DNA of 64,000 nucleotides from an uncultured Candidatus Binatia bacterium (lineage in GTDB: Bacteria > Desulfobacterota > Binatia > UBA9968 > JAJDTQ01): contig OZ243916.1 of the NCBI GenBank assembly GCA_965213675.1, forward strand, positions 1,760,001 to 1,824,000, given 5' to 3'. The notes beneath the pieces are model-generated. The model made no database searches. It saw only the letters and a list, made by a program, of their open reading frames with translations, and was not told where the DNA came from. Shown one piece after another: positions 47,910 to 56,277 of this stretch; position 1 is the first letter of the stretch, and the number at the start of each line of letters is the position of its first letter. Both the position numbers and the translations under genes were made by a program.

Positions 47910-48173
47910 ATGCCGTCGTTGGCCGACAACGCCCAGGGTCGGAAAGTGATGCTCGGATTCGTGGTGCGGCGTTGCGCCAGGGAACTGGGACACCGCCCCA
48001 CGCCGGACGAGTTCGCCCTCTGGGCCAACAACCAGATACGTGACGGGGAACGTTACCACATCTTCGGACAGGCCATCTCGGCCGAGGCCGCCAGGATCAT
48101 GCTGCGCAGCCTCGACCGGCTCGTCACCGTCCGTTCCCCGGACGTGCTCCTCGGACAGCCCGAAGCTTCTTGA
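47910..48173 (+). CDS. Small hypothetical protein (87 aa)
   Basis: Fills the intergenic gap; host-like codon usage; ELGHRPTPDEFA segment. Confidence 0.6.
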   Translation: MPSLADNAQGRKVMLGFVVRRCARELGHRPTPDEFALWANNQIRDGERYHIFGQAISAEAARIMLRSLDRLVTVRSPDVLLGQPEAS

Positions 48174-48190
48174 GGCGCTGTCCCGTCCCT

Positions 48191-49342
48191 TCAGGAAGCC
48201 TTCCTCGCCAGGTCGCTGATGTCCAGGTTGTAGAGCCGGGCGCCGTTGTCCCGCAGGATGCGGGTCTTGACGCTCTCGCTCATGTCCGTGCGCTGCTTGA
48301 GGTAGTCGCTGGACAGCACCTCGCGGTCGCCGTGGGGCATGTCGGAGCCGTACACCACCTGTCCCTCGCCCACCAGTTCCACCACCTGCGGGAGCAGCGT
48401 GTCCTCCACTTCCGCGCTCAGATAGAGGTTGCCCTGCCGGACGTAATCCATGGGCGCCAGCTTGGCCTTGGGCACCGTGTCCGGGAGAATGTCCGCGAGG
48501 AAATTGCCCGAGTGACCGAAGCGGTGGTCGAGGCGGTCGATCATGAAGTGGACCCACTGGCAGCCGGCCTCCAGGAATCCCACGCGCATGGTGGGGAACC
48601 GGTCCAGCAGCCCGCTGTTGATCATGGACGAGAAGCCGAGGAGCACCGGAATCAGGAACGCGTTCACCGAAGACGGATAGATGTGGGTGAAGAGGCCTGA
48701 AATGGCCGGACACGCCCAGCCCACATGAATCGCCAGAGTCAGGTCCCGCTCCACCAGCGCCTCGTAGAACGGCAGGAACGCGGGATCATCGAGAAGCCTG
48801 TCGCCGATGGTGCCCAGCAGCATGACGGCGACCGCGCCCAGCTCGTGGGCTTCCTTCACCTGAGCCACTGCCCCTTCGACGTCGTCGAGATTCACCACCG
48901 CGGCCCACTTGAGCCGCTCATGGGCGCCGATCTGATCGCCCAGGAAGCGGTTGTACGCGGTGCTCATGGCCGTTACCAGTGGCGGGTTCGCGGCCAGCGG
49001 GTACGCCAGGAACAAGGTGGGATAGAGCACCTGGAGCGAGATCCCCTCCTTGTCCATGGCCTCGATCCGTTCCTTGACGCCGTGGATCTCCATGCTGCCG
49101 ATGGTGTCGGACTTCTTCTGCGCGTGGGGCGTCTTCTTGCCCTGGTAGCTCGCCGGCGTACCGAGGTTATGGGCGCCGCGGCCGACTCGGCGCGGGTACA
49201 TCTGCTCCTCGATCATCCAGTAGACCATCTTGTCGACAGCCACGACGCGCGGACGCTGAGCGCGGAACGCCGGGTCGAAGTACTTGTCGCTGAACGTGGT
49301 CTCGCTTTCTTCGACGTGTCCGTCGGCATCCACCAGGTACAT
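48191..49342 (-). CDS. Amidohydrolase_2 family protein
   Basis: VDADGHV, QVLYPT, AIHVG, FLEAGCQW, YGSDMPHGD; ATG 49342 behind GGAGG. Confidence 0.9.
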   Translation of the reverse strand: MYLVDADGHVEESETTFSDKYFDPAFRAQRPRVVAVDKMVYWMIEEQMYPRRVGRGAHNLGTPASYQGKKTPHAQKKSDTIGSMEIHGVKERIEAMDKEGISLQVLYPTLFLAYPLAANPPLVTAMSTAYNRFLGDQIGAHERLKWAAVVNLDDVEGAVAQVKEAHELGAVAVMLLGTIGDRLLDDPAFLPFYEALVERDLTLAIHVGWACPAISGLFTHIYPSSVNAFLIPVLLGFSSMINSGLLDRFPTMRVGFLEAGCQWVHFMIDRLDHRFGHSGNFLADILPDTVPKAKLAPMDYVRQGNLYLSAEVEDTLLPQVVELVGEGQVVYGSDMPHGDREVLSSDYLKQRTDMSESVKTRILRDNGARLYNLDISDLARKAS

Positions 49343-49478
49343 AATTTCACCTCCGTGCGTTGGGTCGGTTGGGGTCGGGTCCTGCCATCGCCGCAAGGGC
49401 GACCCTCTGGATGTAGCCCAACCCATGGGGCAGTTCAAGGCTGGCGATGGGCACGGCGAGGCGCGTTGCCGTCGCGCG

Positions 49479-49507
49479 TTGACACGGCGGGAAAAGTTCT
49501 CTACGGT
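49479..49507 (+). promoter_or_regulatory. Sigma70-type promoter candidate for the ABC operon
   Basis: TTGACA-17 bp-TACGGT about 65 bp upstream of ATG 49574. Confidence 0.5.
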
Positions 49508-49573
49508 TCGGGGCTTTGTGGATGAGTCCGCGTGTCACCGGACGTACTCATGACAACCGACAGGGAGGAAATC

Positions 49574-50539
49574 ATGGTCCGAGTCATTTCGAGCCTGCTG
49601 ATAACCGCCGTGACGCTGGCGGGCGCCGCTGCCGCGCTGGCCCAGAACATGCCCACGGTGCGGATCTCGTCGTTCGACAAGCCGTCCTTCGGCCACACCA
49701 CGGCTTCGCTGATCGAGGCCAACAATTTCGACAAGAAGCACGGCGTGGACCTTCAATGGGTATTCAAGCAGGGACGCGCGGCCAACACGGACTTCGCCAC
49801 CGGCAGGGACAAGCTCACCATCGCATCGGCGCTCCTTTCGGAAGCCAACCGGCGGCTCAAGGGGATCAAGTCCGTCTATCTCTTCAACGTGCTGAATGGG
49901 CACGGTGCGCTGCTGACCATGAATCCCGCCATCAACAGCGTGGCGGACCTGGAGGGCAAGAGCCTGGCGGCAGTAACCGTGACCACCAACTACGCCATGT
50001 TCCGCTACTTCGCGCAAAAGGCGGGCACCGACTTGAACAAGGTGTCGATCCAGTCCACCAACACCGCCGGGCTGGCCACCTTGCTCATGGCCAAGCGCGC
50101 CGATGCCATACACATCTGGGAGCCGAACTATTCCAAGATGCTGGTGAGCAATCCCGGCAAGCTCAAGATGATCGAATACTTCCACCAGTGGGAAGCCATC
50201 CATGGGACGCCTCAGCGCGGTTTCCTGGGCGTGGCCGCGCATCAGGACTGGATCGACGCCAACAAGGAGCTGATCCCAAAGATCTACGCGGCCTTCGGGG
50301 AGCTGGCCCAGTGGCTGCCCACGCACCATGACGAGGCCGCCGCGATCATCGAGAAGGCCGCCGGCGTACCCAAGGAGGCCTTTCTCATGGCGCTGAGCGC
50401 GGCGCGCTATCCGCTGGACGTGGTGCCGGCGGCGGAGATCGAGACGAACATCAAGGCGCTCTTTCAGGCTGGCATCGACAGCGGCTACATGAAGCAGATG
50501 CCGGACGACGGCATCATCTACCGCGGCAAGGTCCGCTAG
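49574..50539 (+). CDS. ABC substrate-binding protein (NitT/TauT/SsuA-like)
   Basis: Signal peptide; INSVADLEGKSLA, ADAIHIWEP; RBS GGAGG. Confidence 0.85.
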   Translation: MVRVISSLLITAVTLAGAAAALAQNMPTVRISSFDKPSFGHTTASLIEANNFDKKHGVDLQWVFKQGRAANTDFATGRDKLTIASALLSEANRRLKGIKSVYLFNVLNGHGALLTMNPAINSVADLEGKSLAAVTVTTNYAMFRYFAQKAGTDLNKVSIQSTNTAGLATLLMAKRADAIHIWEPNYSKMLVSNPGKLKMIEYFHQWEAIHGTPQRGFLGVAAHQDWIDANKELIPKIYAAFGELAQWLPTHHDEAAAIIEKAAGVPKEAFLMALSAARYPLDVVPAAEIETNIKALFQAGIDSGYMKQMPDDGIIYRGKVR

Positions 50540-50572
50540 CCCGGCACCCGCGAGACACCTTCACCCGCAGGC

Positions 50573-51412
50573 ATGGAATCCGAGGCAACCCGCACCGAGG
50601 TGTCGCCGGGTCGGGCCCGGGAGGCGTGGCATGTACGCTTCCTGGGCCTGCTGGCCCGCCGCAAGGAGCCCATCATCTCCTTCGGCGTGATCCTGGCGGC
50701 ATGGCAGACCGCATCCTTCTTCGTACCCCCCTACCTGGTCCCCGGCCTCGGCGCCATCGTGGCCGCCCTCGTCGAAATCGTCGTGAGCCTGACGCTGCTG
50801 GGAGACGCCTTGACGACCATGGGGCGCATCTTCCTGGGGCTGGTGCTCGCCTTCATCAGCGGCACGATCCTGGGCGTGTTCATGGGCTTCACGGAGACGG
50901 TGGAGAAGTACACCCTGCCGGTGTTGCACTTCATCATGGGCATCCCGGCGCTCTCCTGGGTGGTTTTCGCCATCATCTGGTTCAGCCACGTGGAGACGCG
51001 CATCGCCTTCATCCTGCTGGCCGGCTGCCTGCCCAACTACGCGCTCATCATCCACGACGGTATCAAGAGCATCTCCAAGGAGTACCTGGACATGCTGCGG
51101 GCCATGCGCCCGACCCGGAAGCAGCTCTTCGCCAAGCTGATCCTGCCGGGCATGATCCCGGCCGTGCTCACCTCCTGGAAAGTGAACCTGGGGCTCGCCG
51201 CGCGCGTGGTCATCGTCGCCGAGCTGGTGGGCGCCACCCGCGGCGTGGGCAACAAACTGCTGCTGGCGCAGGAACTCTTCGAAATGCCCAAGGCCATCGC
51301 CTGGACCCTGGTACTGGTAGCGTTCCTGCTCATTACGCAGTTCGTGATCCTATTTCTGGAGAACAAGCTGCTGCGCTGGCGCCCGGCGAAACAGGGAGGG
51401 ATGGCCACATGA
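50573..51412 (+). CDS. ABC permease (NitT/TauT)
   Basis: IPALSW, EAA-like loop, VIVAELVGATRGVG. Confidence 0.88.
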   Translation: MESEATRTEVSPGRAREAWHVRFLGLLARRKEPIISFGVILAAWQTASFFVPPYLVPGLGAIVAALVEIVVSLTLLGDALTTMGRIFLGLVLAFISGTILGVFMGFTETVEKYTLPVLHFIMGIPALSWVVFAIIWFSHVETRIAFILLAGCLPNYALIIHDGIKSISKEYLDMLRAMRPTRKQLFAKLILPGMIPAVLTSWKVNLGLAARVVIVAELVGATRGVGNKLLLAQELFEMPKAIAWTLVLVAFLLITQFVILFLENKLLRWRPAKQGGMAT

Positions 51413-52179
51413 ACGCCGCCGGACCCGTGGTTCAGATGCGCGACGTGCAGATGGTCTTCACCTCGGTGGACGGCGACCGCTTCACCGCGGTGGAAGGCCT
51501 CGACCTGGAGGTGGGAAGCGGCGATGTCGTCGCCATCGTTGGCAAGACGGGCTGCGGCAAGTCCACGACCTTCAACCTGCTGCTGGGCCTGGAAAGACCG
51601 ACATCGGGCTCCATCATGCTGCTGGGGCACGATCCGTACCAGGAGTTCGACTGGTTTCGTTCCAAGCTGGGCGTGATCTTCCAGACCGACCGCCTGCTGC
51701 CCTGGCGCACGGCGCTGGAGAATGCCAGAGTCGGCTTGGAGATCCTCGAGTACAGCGAAAAGGAACAGAACGACATCGCCCTGCGGTGGCTCCACAAACT
51801 GGAGCTTCAGGGCTTCGAGGACGCCTACCCCCACGAACTGTCCGGCGGCATGCGCCAGCGCGTGGGCATGGCCCGGGCCTTCTGCCTCACCCCCGAGATC
51901 TTCTTCGCCGACGAGGCCTTCGGCCACCTGGACCAGTCCACCGCCCGGCGCCTGCGCGAAGTCTTCCTGGAACTCGTCACCGAGAGCCAGAAGACCTGCC
52001 TTCTCATCACCCACAACATCCACGAGGCCCTGGAGATCGGCTCCCGCCTGGTGATCCTTGGCCGGCCCGGCCGAGTCCTCGCCGACATGAAGACCCCCAC
52101 CAACGCCAACCGCGCCGAACTGGCCGAATTCGAGGACCGCGTCCTCGACATCATCGAAGCAAACGAAGTCGTGGGGTGA
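51409..52179 (+). CDS. ABC ATP-binding protein (NitT/TauT)
   Basis: GKTGCGKST, LLPWRTALEN, LSGGMRQR, DEAFGHLD, ITH; ATGA overlap with the permease. Confidence 0.92.
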   Translation: MNAAGPVVQMRDVQMVFTSVDGDRFTAVEGLDLEVGSGDVVAIVGKTGCGKSTTFNLLLGLERPTSGSIMLLGHDPYQEFDWFRSKLGVIFQTDRLLPWRTALENARVGLEILEYSEKEQNDIALRWLHKLELQGFEDAYPHELSGGMRQRVGMARAFCLTPEIFFADEAFGHLDQSTARRLREVFLELVTESQKTCLLITHNIHEALEIGSRLVILGRPGRVLADMKTPTNANRAELAEFEDRVLDIIEANEVVG

Positions 52180-52183
52180 GTGT

Positions 52184-52208
52184 CAGGGGCGACCGGCCGT
52201 CGCTCCTG
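52184..52208. repeat. REP-like palindrome between convergent operons
   Basis: caggggcgaccggccgtcgctcctg. Confidence 0.5.
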
Positions 52209-52233
52209 GCCGGTTTCCGGCCACAGACAGGTC

Positions 52234-53547
52234 CTAACCCAGCATCTGGCTCGGCAGCCACAGCGAGATCTGCGGGAATGCCACCAGAACGATCAGGGTG
52301 AACACGTCCATGAGGAAGAACGGCAGGATGCCCTTGAATATGTCTTCAAGGCGCACCATGCCGTGCGCCGCGGCATTCACGGTGTAGACATTCATTCCCA
52401 CGGGGGGCGTGATGAGGCCGATCTCCGACGTCTTGATAACCAGCACACCGAACCAGATGCCGCTGAAGCCCATCTCCACGACGATGGGAAAAACAATGGG
52501 GAGGGTGATGGCCATCATGGCGGCCGGGTCCATGAACATGCCCAGGAACACGTAAAGCAGCAGGAATCCAGCCAGGATCAGGTGACGCGGCATGCCGGAA
52601 TCCACAAGGTAATCGGCCAACTGCGGACCCACATTGGTGATGGCCAGGAACCGGCTGAAGATGTAGGCGCCGATGATGATGGTGAAGAGCATCGTGGTGG
52701 AGGTGGCGGTGTCCAGGACCGTGTTGCGCAGCCTCTCGCGCGAGAACGCGCCCTTGCAAATCATGATGATGAACGCGCCAAAGGCGCCGAAGGCGCCCGC
52801 CTCGGTGGGGGTGGCGATGCCCAGGTAGATGGCGCCCATCACGATGATGGAGAGCGTGACGATGCCCCAGACCCGGTAGAGCGAGAGGAGCTTCTCCCTG
52901 AGCGGCGGCCGCTCCTCGATGATCGGAGCCATCTCCGGGCGGAGCCGGACCCAGCAGGAAATCATGCCCATGTAGATGAGCGCGGAGAGGACTCCGGGAA
53001 TGAAGCCGGCGATGAGCAGTTTACCGATGGACTGCTCGGTGATGATGCCGTAGATGATCATGAGGCCGCTGGGCGGGATCAACGCGCCCAGGGTCCCGGA
53101 GGCCGCGATGGCGCCGGTGGCGATGCGCTTGTCGTAGCCGTATTTGAGCATCTCCGGCAGCGCTACCTGGGTGAAGGTGGCCGCCGTGGCCACGCTCGAC
53201 CCGCAGGCGGCGGCAAAGGCCGCGCAACTCGCGGTGGTGGCCATGGCGAGTCCGCCCCGGACGCGGCCCATCCACTTGTGCACCACCGAGTAGATGTCCG
53301 CGCTCAAGCCGCCGTAGTTGGCGAACTGGCCCATGAGGATGAAGACGGGGATGGCGAAGAAGGTGAAGTTGGCCACCACCTTGTACGGCGTGGTCCGCAA
53401 CAGTCCGATGCCGGCCTCCCAGCTACCGGTGATCATGACGAAGCCCAACACGCCCACCAGTCCCAGCGACACGGCCACGTGAAGGCCGCACAGCAGCAGG
53501 ATGATCAGCACGAAGACGCTGGCGATGGCCAGAAAGGTTGGGTCCAT
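52234..53547 (-). CDS. dctM: TRAP transporter large permease
   Basis: AIPVFILMG, GSSVATAA, GTLGALIPPS, TPTEAGA, LITPPVGMN. Confidence 0.93.
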   Translation of the reverse strand: MDPTFLAIASVFVLIILLLCGLHVAVSLGLVGVLGFVMITGSWEAGIGLLRTTPYKVVANFTFFAIPVFILMGQFANYGGLSADIYSVVHKWMGRVRGGLAMATTASCAAFAAACGSSVATAATFTQVALPEMLKYGYDKRIATGAIAASGTLGALIPPSGLMIIYGIITEQSIGKLLIAGFIPGVLSALIYMGMISCWVRLRPEMAPIIEERPPLREKLLSLYRVWGIVTLSIIVMGAIYLGIATPTEAGAFGAFGAFIIMICKGAFSRERLRNTVLDTATSTTMLFTIIIGAYIFSRFLAITNVGPQLADYLVDSGMPRHLILAGFLLLYVFLGMFMDPAAMMAITLPIVFPIVVEMGFSGIWFGVLVIKTSEIGLITPPVGMNVYTVNAAAHGMVRLEDIFKGILPFFLMDVFTLIVLVAFPQISLWLPSQMLG

Positions 53548-53554
53548 GTAACGC

Positions 53555-54103
53555 CTACCCCGGGGTGATGAGACTCCGATACCGTTTCCGGGCGTCTCGT
53601 AACAGTTGGATGGCGATGAGGACGGCGCCGAAGGGGATGGCCAGCTTGGGCGGATAGACGGGGATCTGCACCAGTCCGTCGGACGCCTCGCGATATTCCA
53701 GGGCCGACAGCCCCGCGTGCCACGACTGCCAGGCCATCAACACGAAGAACACCGCCGCGATCACGAGCACCACCACCGCAAGTCCATCCGCTACCTTTCC
53801 AGGCAGCCGTTGGGTCATCAGCTCCACGCAGATATGCCGCTTGGTGAGCTGGACGTAGGCCATGCTGAAGAACACCACGAACACGATGAGGAACTCGGTG
53901 AACTCCAGCGTCCCGGGAATGGGGCTCGAAAACACGTAGCGCCCGGTGACGTCCACCGTGATCAGCAGCATCATGAAGAAGAGCACGTAGCCGCTGATTT
54001 CGTTCAGGAGAGTGAGGAACCGGGTGATCAACGTCCGGTCGCCATCCGGCGGAGCGAACTCGGGGTTCGCCCCGGACTCAACGAGATCCTTTGATTTGTC
54101 CAA
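53555..54103 (-). CDS. dctQ: TRAP transporter small permease
   Basis: 4 TM; DVTGRYVFSSPIPG, HICVE. Confidence 0.88.
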   Translation of the reverse strand: MDKSKDLVESGANPEFAPPDGDRTLITRFLTLLNEISGYVLFFMMLLITVDVTGRYVFSSPIPGTLEFTEFLIVFVVFFSMAYVQLTKRHICVELMTQRLPGKVADGLAVVVLVIAAVFFVLMAWQSWHAGLSALEYREASDGLVQIPVYPPKLAIPFGAVLIAIQLLRDARKRYRSLITPG

Positions 54104-54134
54104 GAGCGATGAACCTCCTGGCGGGTGATGGGTT

Positions 54135-54168
54135 GTCGCAGGGGCGGCCGTCCGGCCGCCCCTGCGAC
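54135..54168. repeat. Perfect GC hairpin / REP-like unit between dctP and dctQ
   Basis: gtcgcaggggcggccg-tc-cggccgcccctgcgac, a 16-bp perfect stem. Confidence 0.65.
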
Positions 54169-54202
54169 CCGCAATTCAATGGCGAGGAGTGCTTTCCACG
54201 GA

Positions 54203-55234
54203 CTACTTGCCCAGGAAGACTTCCAGCGCCCGCTTGCCGGGCAGACCGAGTTTTTCGACGCTGGCCACCCAGTCGGCAGCGATCTTCTTGACGCCCGGGG
54301 TGTTCTTCCACTTCTCCCGGTCGGAGTCCGAGAACTCGACGATCTTCACACCCTTGCCCTTGAGATACTCCTGGAACTTCAGATCATCATCCTTCATGGC
54401 TTGGGCTTCCCACGCGCCCACGCGCTCGCCTTCTTCCATAAGGATCTTCTGGTGCTCCTTGGACAGCGAGTCCCATTTCCGCTTGTTGATGGTGAACGTG
54501 TTGACGCCGGCGATGGCTCCCAGGCGGATGGTGCTCATGTACTTGGCCACCTCGTAGGTCTTGAACCGCTGGGCTGCCTCGAAAGACAGGATGCGCGCGT
54601 CGATGGTCTTGCGCTGCAGGGCCTCGTACATCTCGCCGCCGGTGGTGCTTACGGGGATGGCGCCCGACGCCTTGATGGCCTTGGGGGCGATACGGCCGAA
54701 CGTGCCGACCTTCTTGCCCTTCAGGTCCGCCAGGTTGCGGATAGGCTCGTGAGCCACGAGCTGGTAGTCCGCCGTCGCGGTCATGCCCACCACGTGGTGT
54801 CCGAACTTGGTCAGTTCCGCCAAGGCCTCCGGCACTTCCCTCAAGACGCGCAGGCCGCCTTTGCGCGCCTCCACCGGATCGCTCACGGAGAAGGGCAATC
54901 CGCCCACCTGCAGCAGACGGACCTTGTCGGAGAAATACCCGATGGCCAGATCGGCCATGTCGGAGGTGCCCAACTGCACCGCTTCCAGGGCCTCCTTGGC
55001 ATGCACCAGCGAGTTGGCCCAGAAGATCTGCACCTCGATCTCGCCGTTGGTCCGCTTGGCCACGCCCTCCTTGAAGTGCACGATGTAATCCGCACGCGGT
55101 GTTCCGGGGCGAGCCGACTGCGTCGCCACCTTCAGGATGATCTTGGACTGGGCGTCCGTCGGTACCGCTACGCCTGCGGCGCACAGCAAGCCGGCCATCA
55201 GGAAGACCGCCAATGTTCTCGAGAGTACTTTCAT
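54203..55234 (-). CDS. dctP: TRAP transporter substrate-binding protein
   Basis: Signal peptide; KRTNGEIEVQIF, DLKGKKV, EMYEALQRKTID, INKRKWDSL. Confidence 0.9.
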   Translation of the reverse strand: MKVLSRTLAVFLMAGLLCAAGVAVPTDAQSKIILKVATQSARPGTPRADYIVHFKEGVAKRTNGEIEVQIFWANSLVHAKEALEAVQLGTSDMADLAIGYFSDKVRLLQVGGLPFSVSDPVEARKGGLRVLREVPEALAELTKFGHHVVGMTATADYQLVAHEPIRNLADLKGKKVGTFGRIAPKAIKASGAIPVSTTGGEMYEALQRKTIDARILSFEAAQRFKTYEVAKYMSTIRLGAIAGVNTFTINKRKWDSLSKEHQKILMEEGERVGAWEAQAMKDDDLKFQEYLKGKGVKIVEFSDSDREKWKNTPGVKKIAADWVASVEKLGLPGKRALEVFLGK

Positions 55235-55315
55235 GCTTTCCCCTTTCTCATGTGACTGTCTCTTGTCGTGCGCGTCAGGCCACCCTGACACCACGCCGCA
55301 CGAAACGAATGAGGC

Positions 55316-55345
55316 ACCCTAAGCGAACCGGCGAAAGGATGTCAA
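55316..55345 (-). promoter_or_regulatory. Sigma70-type promoter candidate for dctPQM
   Basis: Minus strand TTGACA-18 bp-TAGGGT; the -35 overlaps a TGTCAAGACA pseudo-palindrome. Confidence 0.4.
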
Positions 55346-55396
55346 GACAGTTGAAATTAATGCGCCGCTATCGAACCCGCAAGTCCGCGGCGGCCC

Positions 55397-56167
55397 TCAG
55401 ATGGCCGGCGCCCTGTCCTTGGGGAAGTTGGACGCCGCGGTGACGCCGCCGTCGCAGATGAGGTTCTCGCCCCACACGAAACCGGAGTCGTCGCTGGCCA
55501 GGAACAGCATGGCCCTGGCCTGATCCTCGGCGGTGCCCAGGCGTCCCGCCAGGTTCTTGAACTCCCGGCCCACGGCGCCCTCGTCCTGGCCCACGGGCGA
55601 GCCCGAGCGGTTGGGGGTGAGGCAGTTCACCCGGATGTTGTACTGCGAGAGTTGCACGGCCATGCCGCGGGAGAGGTTCACCACGCCGCCCTTGGCCGCC
55701 ATGTAGGCAATGGCATCGGTGCGGCCGGAGAGTCCCGACGTGGACGCCACGTTCACGATGACCCCACCCCTGCCCTGCTTCACCATCTGCTCGGCCACGT
55801 AGCGGCCCACCAGGAACGGTCCCTTGAGAGTTACGTCGATGACCAGATCCCATTCCTCTTCCGAGATGCTGAAGATGGTCTCGTGGTCGGTGACAGCGGC
55901 GTTGTTCACCAGGATGTCGACGCCGCCGAAGGCGTCCACCGTGGCCTTCACCATGGCCTTCACGTCTTCGGTGTCGGCGACGTTGCACTTGGCGTAAATG
56001 GCCTCGTGTCCGGCGGCCTTGAGATCGCCGACGACCTTCTCGCCGCGGCCGGGGTCCATGTCCACAATGCAGATCCTGGCCCCTTCCGAGGCGAACAGCT
56101 TGGCGGCGGCCTCGCCGATGTTGCGGCCGGAGCCGGTAATGATCGCCACACGGTCCTTGAGCTTCAT
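55397..56167 (-). CDS. Short-chain dehydrogenase/reductase
   Basis: TGSGRNIG, LVNNAA, YMAAKGG (YxxxK); start ATG 56167. Confidence 0.93.
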   Translation of the reverse strand: MKLKDRVAIITGSGRNIGEAAAKLFASEGARICIVDMDPGRGEKVVGDLKAAGHEAIYAKCNVADTEDVKAMVKATVDAFGGVDILVNNAAVTDHETIFSISEEEWDLVIDVTLKGPFLVGRYVAEQMVKQGRGGVIVNVASTSGLSGRTDAIAYMAAKGGVVNLSRGMAVQLSQYNIRVNCLTPNRSGSPVGQDEGAVGREFKNLAGRLGTAEDQARAMLFLASDDSGFVWGENLICDGGVTAASNFPKDRAPAI

Positions 56168-56277
56168 GCTTTCCTCCTTCGCCCCGCCACGACGGTGTTG
56201 TTTCGGGGTCGTCTTGTTTTGTTTTCCCGCCAAGGATGTGCTGTCCGGTTACGCCGCACAACAGGCTTCCTGGCGTC

